A stretch of DNA of 64,000 bases, taken from contig NC_073411.1 of the NCBI RefSeq assembly GCF_028641065.1, forward strand, positions 13,330,001 to 13,394,000. The letters run 5' to 3'. The position numbers and the translations under genes were made by a program. Positions 1 to 11,140 of this stretch are shown one piece after another (position 1 is the stretch's first letter; the number at the start of each line of letters is the position of its first letter). The stretch is from Leucoraja erinacea (lineage: Eukaryota). Below the pieces are notes generated by a model. It was given only the letters and a program-made list of their open reading frames with translations, made no database searches and was not told the origin of the DNA.

Positions 1-989
1 GGTCAACACCTGCACCTGTTTTTATGTGTTTCTGTAACTCACCAACGCAAACTGTTTGCAGCACGGAAACTAGCCCTTCGGCCCACCGAGTCCATGCTAA
101 CCATCGATCAGCCATTCACACTAGTTCGATGCCATCCCACACCCTGAACACGAGGGGCAATTTACAGAAGCCAATTAACCTACAAACCCGAATGTCTCTG
201 GGATGTGGGAGGAAACTGGAGCACCCGGAGGGAACCTGTGCGGCTGCAGGGAGAACGTGCAAACTCCGCACAGACAGCACCTGAGGTCAGGATCGAACGT
301 CGCAGGGAAAACATGAAAACTCCAGACCAGGGTCACTGGCACAGCCTACACCACAGAGCTGACCTCAAAGTTGTTTGGTACAAGGTCTTGGACAAAGGAC
401 TGTCCCAACAAATGTCCAGCACACACTAGTTCTATGTTATCCACTCCCTACACACTAGGGGCAATTTAGAGGGACAAATAACCTACAAACCCCTCAAATG
501 TTGATAGAGAGCCCTGCTCCCCCATTCCCAGCTCCCACTGTACCCCTGCTGGGCTCTCTCCGCCACCTTCAGTCAATCAGACGAGATGTGTAAGAAGAAA
601 CTGCAGATGCTGGTTTATGCCAAAGTTAGACAGTCTGAAGAAGGGTCTCGACCCAACACGTCACCCTTTTCCTCTCTCCAGAGATGCTGCCCGTCCCACT
701 GAGTTACTCCAGCATTTTGTGTCGACCTGTCACTCAATCAGAGATGACCGATGTAGAACAGTACAACACATGAACAGGCCCTTCAGCCCACAAGGTCTGT
801 GCTGGAACATGAAGATTAGATAAAACTAATCTCATCTACATAACATTGTCATAAGCAGAATCTCGGGGGCAGTCCATGGAACCGCAAATGGTGGTTCATA
901 CAAAAAAAATGCAAAGTGCTGGAGTAATTCAGTAGATCTGGCAGCATTTCTGAAGAACGTGGATTGGAGTCTTCATGCAGTCTAAAGGT

Positions 990-1745
990 ATGCTGCCTGA
1001 CCCGCTGAGTTACTCCAGCACTCTGTGAAACGTCACCTATCCATGTTCACAGATGCTGCCTGACCCGCTGAGTTACTCCAGCACTCTGTGAAACGTCACC
1101 TATCCATGTTCTCCACAGATGCTGCCTGACCCGCTGAGTTACTCCAGCACTCTGTGAAACGTCACCTATCCATGTTCTCCACAGATGCTGCCTGACCCAC
1201 TGATTTACTCCAGCACTCTGTGAAACGTCACCTATCCATGTTCTCCACAGATGCTGCCCGACCCGCTGAGTTATGGTGCAGCAGCATCTATGGAGCTAAG
1301 GAAATAGGCAACTTTTCGGGCCGAAATCCTTCTGGAAATAGGCAACGTTTCGGGCCGAAACGTTACCTTTCCTTAGCTCCATAGATGCTGCCTGACCCGC
1401 TGAGTTACTCCAGCACTCTCTGAAACGTCACCTATCCATGTTCTCCACAGATGCTGCCTGACCCACTGAGTTACTCCAACACTCTGTGAAACGTCACCTA
1501 TCCATGTTCTCCACAGATGCTGCCTGACCCACTGAGTTACTCCAGCACTCTGAAACGTCACCTATCCATGTTCTCCACAGATGCTGCCTGACCCACTGAG
1601 TTACTCCAGCACTCTGTGAAACGTCACCTATCCATGTTCTCCACAGATGCTGCCTGACCCGCTGAGTTACTCCAGCACTCTGTGAAACGTCACCTATCCA
1701 TGTTCTCCACAGATGCTGCCTAACCCACTGAGTTACTCCAGCACT
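990..1745 (+). repeat. 66-bp tandem repeat derived from a Penelope-like terminal repeat
   Basis: Unit GATGCTGCCTGACCCGCTGAGTTACTCCAGCACTCTGTGAAACGTCACCTATCCATGTTCTCCACA, about 10 copies, interrupted near 1275-1385. Confidence 0.9.
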
Positions 1746-2477
1746 GTGTGTGTGTGTTTTAGCAACAGTTTATACAGCATCAGCCACGGTCCCAGAGACA
1801 ACAGCTGGCAAGCACATCGGACCCGAGTAATCTTGGTTACTATGGCAACATATCCGTCCACACAGAACACTTGTGTAGGAATGAACTGCAGATGCTGGTT
1901 TATGCCAAAGATGGGCACGAGATGCTGGAGTAACTCAGCGGGACAGGCAGCATCTCTGGATGATGTTTCGGGTTGAGATGTGATACAGCGTGGAAACAGG
2001 CCCAACTTGCCCACACCAGCCAACATGTCCCAGCTACACTAGTCCCCCCACCTGACTGTGTTTGGCCCATATCCCTCCAAAGGGGCCTGTTTCCACACTG
2101 TATCACTCTAAGAATGAAAATAGTACTATACACTGCATTCCAGATGTTGCCTCACCATTGTCTTGTAAAAACTCTTGAGTTTAATTCTCCTCGTAAGAAA
2201 CTAGTACATTGTTCACTTCATAATTACTTTCTGTCCTATCAACTATCTGAAAAGCAAAATGCTGCCTTTGCTGATATTTTAGAGATTGAATTGAATTACT
2301 CAGCAGGTCAGGCAGCAATGGTGGAGAGAGAAACCAAGCGACATTTCATCACACTTCATTAACTTATCCTTGTCACGTTCAGACCATCCACCTGAAGTTC
2401 CAACTGTTGAAACTTCCCAACAAAGATGGACGCAAAAAGCTGGAGAAACTCGGCGGGGACAGGCAGCATCTCTGGAG

Positions 2478-2978
2478 GGTGCCATTGAGGGAGTACATAG
2501 AAGGTTCACCAGACTGATTCCTGGGATGGCAGGACTTTCATATGAAGAAAGACTGGATAGACTCGGCTTGTACTCGCTAGAATTTAGAAGATTGAGGGGG
2601 GATCTTATAGAAACTTACAAAATTCTTATGGGGTTGGACAGGCTAGATGCAGGAAGATTGTTCCCGATGTTGGGGAAGTCCAGAACAAGGGGTGACAGTT
2701 TAAGGATAAAGGGGAAATCTTTTAGGACCGAGATGAGAAAACATTTTTTACACAGAGAGTGGTGAATCTGTGGAATTCTCTGCCACAGAATGTAGTTGAG
2801 GCCACAGTTCATTGGCTATATTTAAGAGGGAGTTAGATGTGGCCCTTGTGGCTAAAGGGATCAGGGGGTATGGAGAGAAGGCAGGTACAGGATTCCGAGT
2901 TGGATGATCAGCCATGATCATATTGAATGGCGGTGCAGGCTCGAAGGGCCGAATGGCCTCCTGCACCTTTTTTCTATG
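2478..2978 (+). mobile_element. CR1-clade LINE 3' fragment
   Basis: [48 protein letters not shown] (CR1 ORF2 C-terminus), followed by the family 3' UTR. Dozens of related fragments occur in the window. Confidence 0.9.
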
Positions 2979-3516
2979 GAGAGAAGGGATGGGTGACATT
3001 TCGGGTGGAGACCCTTCTTCAGACAGAGAGTCGGGGGAGGGGGGAATGAGAGAAGCCAACGGTGATGGAATTTGACTCGTGGGTGGTGATGGTGAAATAT
3101 TCATTGAGTCATTGATACTGTTGTTAGTTTATTACTATGAAGATTTAAACGTCCAATGTTCACAGTGAGGTTGATTAGAAGGTTGGGGACCGCACCCTTT
3201 TTTACGGGAAGGCCATTCAGTGGTGTGATCAACGTGAGGAAGGAGCTCCTGGATCTGGTGGTAGGTACATGCAAACTTTGTGAACTTTCAAACTATCTTC
3301 TGCCTGATGGGAGAGGGGAGAAGAGGGAACGACAAGAGGGTGTGAGTGGTTCTCAACTTTCCCGTGGCAGCGTGAAGTGTAGATGAAGTGGATGGTGGGG
3401 AGTTTGGTCTGTGTTCACAACTCTCTAGAACTCCATGTATCTCCGAGCTTTGCATCTGCCCACCATCCACTCCATTCTTCTTGAAGTTGCGGGCGATTTT
3501 AACTTGCCGAATATTT

Positions 3517-4245
3517 ACATAGAAACATAGAAAATGGGTGCAGGAGGAGGCCATTCGGCCCTTCGAGCCTGCACCGCCATTCAATATGATCATGACTGAT
3601 CATCCAACTCAGTATCATGTACCTGCCTTCTCTCCATACCCCCTGATATCTTTAGCTATTAGGGCCACATCTTAAATTTAAAAATTCCCTCTTAAATGTA
3701 GCCAATGAACTGGCATAAAATACCTTCTGTAGCAGAGAGTTCCAGAGATTCACCATTCTCTGTGTGAAAAATGTTTTTCTCATCTCGGTCCTAAAGAATT
3801 TCCCCTTTGCCTTAAACTGTGACCCCTTGTTCTGGACTTCCCCAACATCGGGAACAATCTTCCTGCATCCAGCCTGTCCAATCTCTTAAGAATTTTGTAA
3901 GTTTCTATAAGATCCCCCCTCAATCTTCTAAATTTTAGCGAGTACAAGCCGAGTCTATCCAGTATTTCTTCATATGTAAGTCCTGATATATGTAAGGAAT
4001 CAGTCTGGTAACCCTACTCTGTACTCCCTCTATGGCAAGAATGTCTTTCCTCAGATTTGGAGACCAAAACTCTACGCAATACTCCAGGTGTGGTCTCACC
4101 AAGACCCTGTACAATGCAGTAGAATCTCCCTGCTCCTATAATCAAATCATTTTGCCATGAAGGCCATCATGCCATTTGCTTTCTTCACTGCCTGCTGTAC
4201 CTGCATGCTTACTTTCAGTGACTGATGTACAAGGACATCCAGGTG
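3517..4245 (-). mobile_element. CR1-clade LINE 3' fragment
   Basis: Reverse complement of the same family, including the (TTTCTATG)n tail. Ends about 90 bp upstream of the caspase ATG. Confidence 0.88.
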
Positions 4246-4336
4246 TTGGGATTGAACTGGTGACAGCACTCGCAGCCCTGACCCACAGGAGGTGGACATC
4301 AGCGGTGACCAGTGTGGTCTTCGGTTCCCGTGAGTG

Positions 4337-4544
4337 ATGATGAATCAGCCGGCCGTCGCTGAGCTTCTCAAGCCAAGAGCCCTCATCGTGTCGGTGGAGA
4401 AGTTCCGCCACCCCTCCTTCGTCAACAGGAGCGGGGCAGCGACCGACGCAAAGAAACTCCACGGAATCCTCTACAAACTGGGCTTCCAGGTGGAGCTCAG
4501 CATCGATCCCGACGCCAGTGAGATCCTCCAGCTGTACAGGACTG
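4337..4544 (+). CDS. Caspase (effector-type, candidate caspase-17-like) coding exon 1
   Basis: ATG at 4337 opens MMNQPAVAELLKPRALIVSVEKF...NRSGAATDAKKL...LGFQV, the caspase large-subunit N-terminal pattern (R-x-G-x-x-x-D, LGF). Ends in phase 1 at G|GTGAGT. An additional upstream exon cannot be excluded. Confidence 0.85.
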
Positions 4545-5207
4545 GTGAGTTGAACAAGTGTGGGGAGAGGGGGAGAAATGAGGATGCAGGGAAAACCAGG
4601 GGTCACAGTTCAAGATTATTATCTAAATGGTGGCCGAGGGAGTTAGATGTGGCTAAAGGGATCAGGGGGTATGGAGAGAAGGCAGGTACAGGATACTGAG
4701 TTGGATGATCAGCCATGATCATATTGAATGGCGGTGCAGGCTCGAAGGGCCGAATGGCTTACTCCTGCACCTAATTTCTATGTTTCTATGTTTTAAGAAC
4801 AAGAGCTAGGCTAGAGAGTTAGTAAAGCCAGCAAAGTCTAATCAAGGATAGTCAGAATCAGAATCACAGATTGTGGATTGTGGAGATATCGGAGACCTTA
4901 CATTTGTAAAAAAATAGATATGTCTTAATAGACAAACCAGAATTATTCATTACAATATGGTCTCCATTTATAGATTACTTGAAGGACTAGATGAATAGTT
5001 ATGTGGGTGCCTGAGACACACTGCCAGGGATGGTGGTAGAGGCAGACAGGATAGTGGTGTTTTGGACAGGCAGGTGGATATGGAGGGATATGGGTCATGT
5101 GGGGATAGGTAGAGTTGGTCTGAACATCATGCACAGCACAGACATTGTGGGCCGAAGAGCCTGTTCCTGTGCTGTTCTACGTTCTAATGAAGGGTTTACT
5201 TTTCCAG

Positions 5208-5380
5208 AGTCCCAGATGAGACATGGAACCTGCTTCCTCTCCGTTCTCTCCAGCCACGGGGAGGAGGGAGTGTTATACGGGGCGGACAGCGAGGCCGTGC
5301 GTCTCAGGGACATTTACTCCATGTTTGGAGCAGAGACCTGCCCTTCACTGGAGGGGAAGCCAAAAATCTTCTTCATTCAG
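5208..5380 (+). CDS. Caspase exon 2 (catalytic His, SHG; KPKIFFIQ)
   Basis: Acceptor tttccag and donor CAG|GTAAAT. Encodes ESQMRHGTCFLSVLSSHGEEGVLYGAD...CPSLEGKPKIFFIQ, phase-compatible with exons 1 and 3. Confidence 0.93.
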
Positions 5381-5494
5381 GTAAATATTCCCGTGTACAA
5401 CGGATCCTTGCGCCCACACTGCCCATCACAGCCACTGCCTACATCAAGAGTTTGCAACATGGCGTAAATTTCACTAACACAGGGGGTAAATGTG

Positions 5495-6197
5495 TTTAAG
5501 AGGGAACTGCAGATGCTGGAGAATTGAAGGTTACACAAAAAAGCTGGAGAAACTCAGCGGGTGCAGCAGCATCTATGGAGCGAAGGAGATAGGCAACGTT
5601 TCGGGCCGAAACCCTTCTTCAGACTGATCGGGGGCGGGGGTGGGTGAGGACAAGAAAGGGAAAAGGAGGAGTAGCCAGAAGGCTGGGGGATGGGAGGAGA
5701 CAGCAGGGGGGCTAAGGAAGGGGTCACAGATGGGGGACAGTTAGAGAGGAGGTTGGGAAACTGTCTCCGGAGAGAAGAGGAGAACTTCTTCAAGGTGGGC
5801 ATATCTTGAAGAGATAACGCAGTAGAGTATACACAGTGTTTAAGAGGGAACTGCAGATGCCTGGGTCTCCTCCATGGCCACAGCGAGCAGCACCGGAAAT
5901 TGGAGGAACAGCACCTCATATTCCGTTTGGGGAGTCTGCACCCCGGGGGCATGAACATCGAATTCTCCCAATTTTGTTAGTCCTTGCTGTCTCCTCCCCT
6001 TCCTCAGTCCCCCTGCTGTCTCCTCCCATCCCCCAGCCTTCTGGCTCCTCCTCCTCCTTTTCCCTTTCTTGTCCCCACCTACCCCCACCCCCGATCAGTC
6101 TGAAGAAGGGTTTCGGCCCGAAACGTTGCCTATTTCCTTCGCTCCATAGATGCTGCTGCACCCGCTGAGTTTCTCCAGCTTTTTTGTGTAACCTTCG
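5495..6197. mobile_element. Penelope-like element remnant with inverted terminal duplication and GIY-YIG C-terminal fragment
   Basis: About 5527-5725 is the reverse complement of about 5995-6195. The interior encodes LEEQHLIFRLGSLH...MNIEFS (about 5900-5968), resembling the C-terminus of PLE GIY-YIG endonucleases. Confidence 0.7.
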
Positions 6198-6466
6198 GGT
6201 AAATGTGTTGATTGGATTTGTACAATTTTTCTCATTGACTGACTGTGTTTGGTTCTGGTACCTGTTCATCATTAGCTGTTCGTAAATAAGTGAAATAACA
6301 TTGTTACGTGCTGTTAAAGTTGCCACGGGTAAACGGGACGAGAAAGGTTGGGTGGAATATTGACGGGAACGGCCTTAGCGTTGAGATGTAGATGGGCAGA
6401 GTTGTTTTAAAGTGTGTTCATGAAAGTTTTCTTTGCTGAAAAAAAAAACTTCACTGGCCACGTCGA

Positions 6467-6751
6467 CTTTAGAGATACAGCGCGGAAACAGGCCCTTTGG
6501 CCACCAAGTCCGTGCCGACAAGCGATACACCAGCACTATCCTACACACTAGGGACAAGTTATAATTTACAGAAGTCAATTAGCCTACAAACCTGCTCGTC
6601 TTTAGAGCGTGGGGAAGAAACCGGAGCACCCGGAGGAAACCCACGCTGGTCAAAGAGAGAACGTACACATTCCATACAGTCGGCACCCGAGGTCATGGTC
6701 GAACCCGGGTCTCTGGCGCTGTGAGGCAGAAACTCTACCGCTGCGCCACCT
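6467..6751 (-). mobile_element. tRNA-derived SINE (V-SINE/HE1-like)
   Basis: The minus strand begins GGTGGCGCAGCGGTAGAG (A box)...GGTTCGACC (B box). Related copies lie near 55-300, 7545-7620, 12560-12760, 30960-31125, 38815-39120 and 39660-39785. Confidence 0.75.
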
Positions 6752-6843
6752 TGCCTTACTAAAGTCCATGTAGACAACATCCACTGCCCCCCCTCCCTCA
6801 TCGATCACCTTCATCTCCCGCTTAAAAATACGATGAGGTTTAA

Positions 6844-7022
6844 GGGCCTGTCCCACTTGCCCGTCATTTGCGCGTAATTTACGCGTCACAACGCACGACG
6901 TGATCAGCGAATGGTGCGTGGTGACATAGACAATGACGCGCGGTGTCTCAGGATTTTGGGATTTACAACATTTTTGGCGCCATCACCGTGTCGTGCAAAT
7001 AACGGCCAAGTGGGACAGGTCC
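6844..7022. mobile_element. PIF/Harbinger-like MITE
   Basis: TIRs GGGCCTGTCCCACTTG / CAAGTGGGACAGGTCC with T/A-rich flanks. Confidence 0.7.
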
Positions 7023-7653
7023 TTTAGTAAGACCAGACCTGCCATGTGTAAAGCCATGCTGACTGTCCCTAATTAGCCCGTTCCCCTCCAAATGTGAGTG
7101 AATCCTATCGTGAAGAATTCCCTGGTGGACAAAAGTGCTGGAGAAACTCAGCGGGTGAGGCAGCATCTATGTGGAGCGAAGGAAATAGGCGACGTTTCGG
7201 GTCGAGACTCTTCTTCAGAATTCGCTCCCAATATTACTGTGAATATGCACAATGTGGTCAAGTCTGTGTGGAGCCACAGGAGATGGGCAAGGTCCTCGAC
7301 AAGTCATAAGGTCACAAGTGATAGGAGCAGTCTTAGGCTATTCGGCCCATCAAGTCTACTCCGCCATTCAACCATGGCTGATCTATCTCTCCCTCCTAAC
7401 CACATTCTCCTGCCTTCTCCACATAACTTCTGTACTAATTAAACTGTCCCGTATTAGCCGGTATATATTGGGCTAAATTGGTTTGTCCCCTCTCCCGTAT
7501 TTGACCGCTACTGCTCGGGTCGAGGGGACTGTGGGGTCCGGAGCGCCCGTAGTCAGGATCGAACCTGGTTCTTTGGCGCTGTGAGGCAGCAGCAGCTCTA
7601 CCCGCTGCGCCACCGTGCCGCCTCACCGGGCTGTCGGTTATGTTGCAACGCAG

Positions 7654-7792
7654 GCTTGCCGCGGGCCGGAGATGGACAGCGGAGTCACCGTGGACATGGT
7701 GGAGACGGACAGCTGTGACCCGCGGACAGACTCCTTCTCCCACTACCTGGCGCTGCCCCTAGACATGGCCATCCATTTCTCCAGCTGCCCAG
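7654..7792 (+). CDS. Caspase exon 3 (catalytic Cys, QACRG; intersubunit linker VETD)
   Basis: Acceptor cag|GCTTGC completes QACRG across the junction. Encodes ACRGPEMDSGVTVDMVETDS...HFSSCP and ends at G|GTAGGT. Confidence 0.93.
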
Positions 7793-8285
7793 GTAGGTAC
7801 AACCTGCACACCTGTACCAGCCCGGGGGGGGGGGGGGGGGGAGAGAGGGGGGGTGGGGGAGCGGGGGGGCCAGGGTTCCTGTAGAGAGGTGGGTCGTTCC
7901 ACACCACCATGTGTTGGGGGTGGTATCAACACTGGCATCTGACGGACTCTTCCCACATCTCCAGGGTGGTACCATGGTGTCTCCAGTGTGTTAGATGGGA
8001 GGTCAGGGCCGCTCTCTAGTTGGTGGTAGGATGGTTCAGTTGCCTTATAACTGTCCCTGAATCTGGAGGTGTGTGTGTGCGTTCGTTTTCACACTTCTGT
8101 ACCTCTTGCCCGATAGGAGAGGGGAGCAGAGGGAGTGACCGGAGGGGGTTGGTGAGACTGGTCCTTGATGATGCTGCTGGCCTTGCCGAGGCAGAGGTGT
8201 GAGTGGGGTGGGTGGAAATGAGGTTGGTTTGTGTGTGATGGTCTGGGCTGGCGTTTCACTCCAAAATCTGATTTGGTCCCTACAG

Positions 8286-8518
8286 ATTATGTCTCCTTCC
8301 TGCGCCCCTCTGGCTCGGCCTTCCTGCAGAGCCTGTGTCAGGTGTTGAAGGGGGAGCAGAGACACTGGGAGCTGCTGAGGATCATGACCCGTGTGAACGG
8401 CCTGGTCGCACAGGGGTTCGAGGCTCGGGGCCACGAATACGTTGGCAAGAAGCAGATGCCCTGTTTCATCAGCAGACTGCGTCACGAGGTCTATCCTTTC
8501 TCCGGCAAGCTCTCATAG
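8286..8518 (+). CDS. Caspase exon 4 (small subunit), stop TAG
   Basis: Acceptor tacag. Encodes DYVSFLRPSGSAFLQSLC...ELLRIMTRVN...KKQMPCFISRLRHEVYPFSGKLS*, matching the caspase-3/7 small-subunit pattern GSxFxQxLC...KQxP. The four exons total 753 nt (250 aa plus stop). Confidence 0.93.
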
Positions 8519-8872
8519 AAACATAGAAAATAGGTGCAGGAGTAGGCCATTCGGCCCTTCGAGCCTGCACCGCCATTCAATATGATCATGGCTGATCATC
8601 CAACTCAGTATCCTGTACTTGCCTTCTCTCCATACCCCCTGATCCCTTTAGCCACAAGGGCCACATCTAACTCCCTCTTAAATATAGACAATGAACTGTG
8701 GCCTCAACTACCTTCTGTGGCAGAGAGTTCCACAGATTCACCACTCTCTGTGTGAAAAGTGTTTTCCTCATCTCGGTCCTAAAAGATTTCCCCCCTTATC
8801 CTCAAGCTGTGACCCCTTGTTCTGGACTTCCCCAACATCGGGAACAATTCTCCTGCATCTAGCCTGTCCCAA
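8514..8872 (-). mobile_element. CR1-clade LINE 3' fragment abutting the caspase stop codon
   Basis: Begins CATAGAAACATAGAAAATAGGTGCAGGAG, the reverse of the LINE tail. Confidence 0.9.
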
Positions 8873-10784
8873 CCCCTCAGCCTCTCGGCCGAGGCTGAGC
8901 CCCGAGTCCACCTCAGCCCCCCAACACGTCAACTCTCCAACCCTCCCCCTCACACTCCCAATGCAGGCCTTTCGGCCCTTCGCATCCGTGCTGGTCAAAC
9001 AACACTCAATGTGCGGCATAGAAGGAACTGCATAGAAACATAGACAATAGGTGCAGGAGTAGACCATTCGACCCTGCGAGCCTGCACCGCCATTCAATGT
9101 GATCAACCCCAATCAGTACCCCGTTCCTGCTTCTCCCCATATCCCCTGACTCCACTATCTTTAAGAGCCCTATCTAGCTCTCTCTTGAAAGCATCCAGAC
9201 AACCTGCCTCTACAAGCCTCTGAGGCAGAGAATTCCACAAACTCATAACTCTCTGTGAGAAAAAGTGTTTCCTCGTCTCCTTTCTAAATGGCTTACTCCT
9301 TATTCGTAAACTGTGGCCCCTGGTTCTGGACTGGTTCCCAACATCGAGAACACGTTTCCTGCCTCTAGCCTGTCCAAACCCTTAATAATCTTATATGTTT
9401 CAATAAGATGCCCTCTCATCCTTCTAAACTCTAGGGTATACAAGCCCAGCCGCTCCATTCTCTCAGCATATGACAGTCCCGCCATCCCAGGAATGATGAT
9501 CTATTCTAGTATTCTTGGTTACTTACAGAGGAAGCAGATTGGACTTTATTGCCTTCCATCACAGTGAGGAATGTGGAATCCACTGTGGTGGATGTTTATG
9601 TTAGCATTGATGTGGTTGTGTGTCTTGTAGCATTTCACTTAGTATGGAAACTCAAATTTCACTGGACCTTAACTGGTCCATGTGACAATAAACTGACCTT
9701 GTATCCCCAGCAGTTTGAACATTGACTTCTCTACCTTCAAGTAGCCCTTACTTTCCCACCCTCTCCATCCCCTCTGCCATCCCAGTTCTCCCACCAGTCT
9801 GTCTCCAATTACATTTTATCTCTGTACCGCCCACTCCCCTGACACGTCTGAAGAATGGTCTCGACCAGAAACGTCACCCATTCCTTCCCTCCAGAGATGC
9901 TGCCTGTCCTATTTAGTTACTCCATCATTTTATGTCTACCTTCGATTTAACCCAGCATCTGCAGTTCCTTCCCACACAATGATCTAGTCTACATTTTCCT
10001 TGTTCCCCATCCCCTTTGTCCTGTTTTCACACCTTACACTTCCTTATCTATGTATCTATCTCTCCCCTGACATCAGTATGAAGAAGGGTCTCGACCCGAA
10101 ACGTCACCCATTCCTTCTCTCCATTGATGCTGCCTGTCCTGCTGAGTTACTCCAGCATTTTGTGTCTATTTTCGGTTAAAACACCCCTGTTCCCATTTAA
10201 AGAATGTGACATTACCATTAGTTCTGGAGAGACTGGAAAATTAAACATGAGGTTCTCTGAAACTATCTCTGACGGTTCACGGACGGCGATGTAATGGCAA
10301 GATAATCAATAAATTTGCTTTGCCCCCGTCATAAAGTGCGTTTGTGCCCGTGAACTTGCCAGACATCTCCTTCGAACTTTCCCCCTCCCACCCTCGAGCT
10401 ACGCCCTCTAGTCTTTGACATTCCCACTCATCTACTTTATCTACACCTCTCATGATTTTATAAACTTCTCTCGGGTCTCCCCTCAGTCTCCGACGTTCCT
10501 GAGAAAACCATCCAGGTCTGTCCGGCCTCTCCCTGTAGCTAGAAACCTCCAATCCAGGTGGCGTCTGGTAAACCTCCTCTGCACCCTCTCCAAAGCCTCC
10601 ACACCCTTCCCTGATGGGACGAGCAGAACTGCACGCGATACTCTGAATGCCGTTCGCTATTTCCTGGTGGATAACTTCTGAAGTTGAAGCCGGGATAAAA
10701 GATGCACAAGACACGGAACGACGACATCACACGTTTATTTAATTCCATTTGAAATGATTCTGTTTCAGGGGCGATGGCCGTGGG

Positions 10785-11140
10785 TGAGTACACGCAACAT
10801 GTAACACACGGCGTGTATCACGCGACAGGTAACACGTAACATGCACAGTGTGACATGTAACACGCACCGTGTAATATGCGACATATAACACGCGGCGTGT
10901 ATCACGTGACAGGTAACACGTAACACGCAGTGTGTGACATGTAACACGCACCGTGTAATATGCGACGTATAACACGCGGTGTGTATCACGCGGCACGCAC
11001 CGTGTAACACGCAACATGTAACACGCACAGTGTGACATGTAACACGCACCGTGTAATATGCGACATATAACACGCGGTGTGTATCACGTAACACGCGCCG
11101 ATAACACGCAACATGTAACACGCAACATGTAACACGCACC
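10785..11140. repeat. 14-bp degenerate minisatellite with higher-order blocks
   Basis: GTAACACGCAACAT-like units; the block GTAACACGCACCGTGTAATATGCGAC recurs at spacings of 84 and 98 bp. Confidence 0.85.

Noticed and set aside
990-1745. Repeat array superficially like CRISPR
   Set aside because: The units are contiguous with no unique spacers, there are no cas genes, and the context is eukaryotic.
6700-6751. tRNA-like A/B boxes
   Set aside because: This is the head of a multi-copy SINE, not a full cloverleaf tRNA gene.
10657-10677. Candidate TGOLN2 terminal exon (KLSTRK*); another candidate lies near 12790
   Set aside because: The acceptors are plausible but too short to choose between without transcript data, so neither is listed as a feature.
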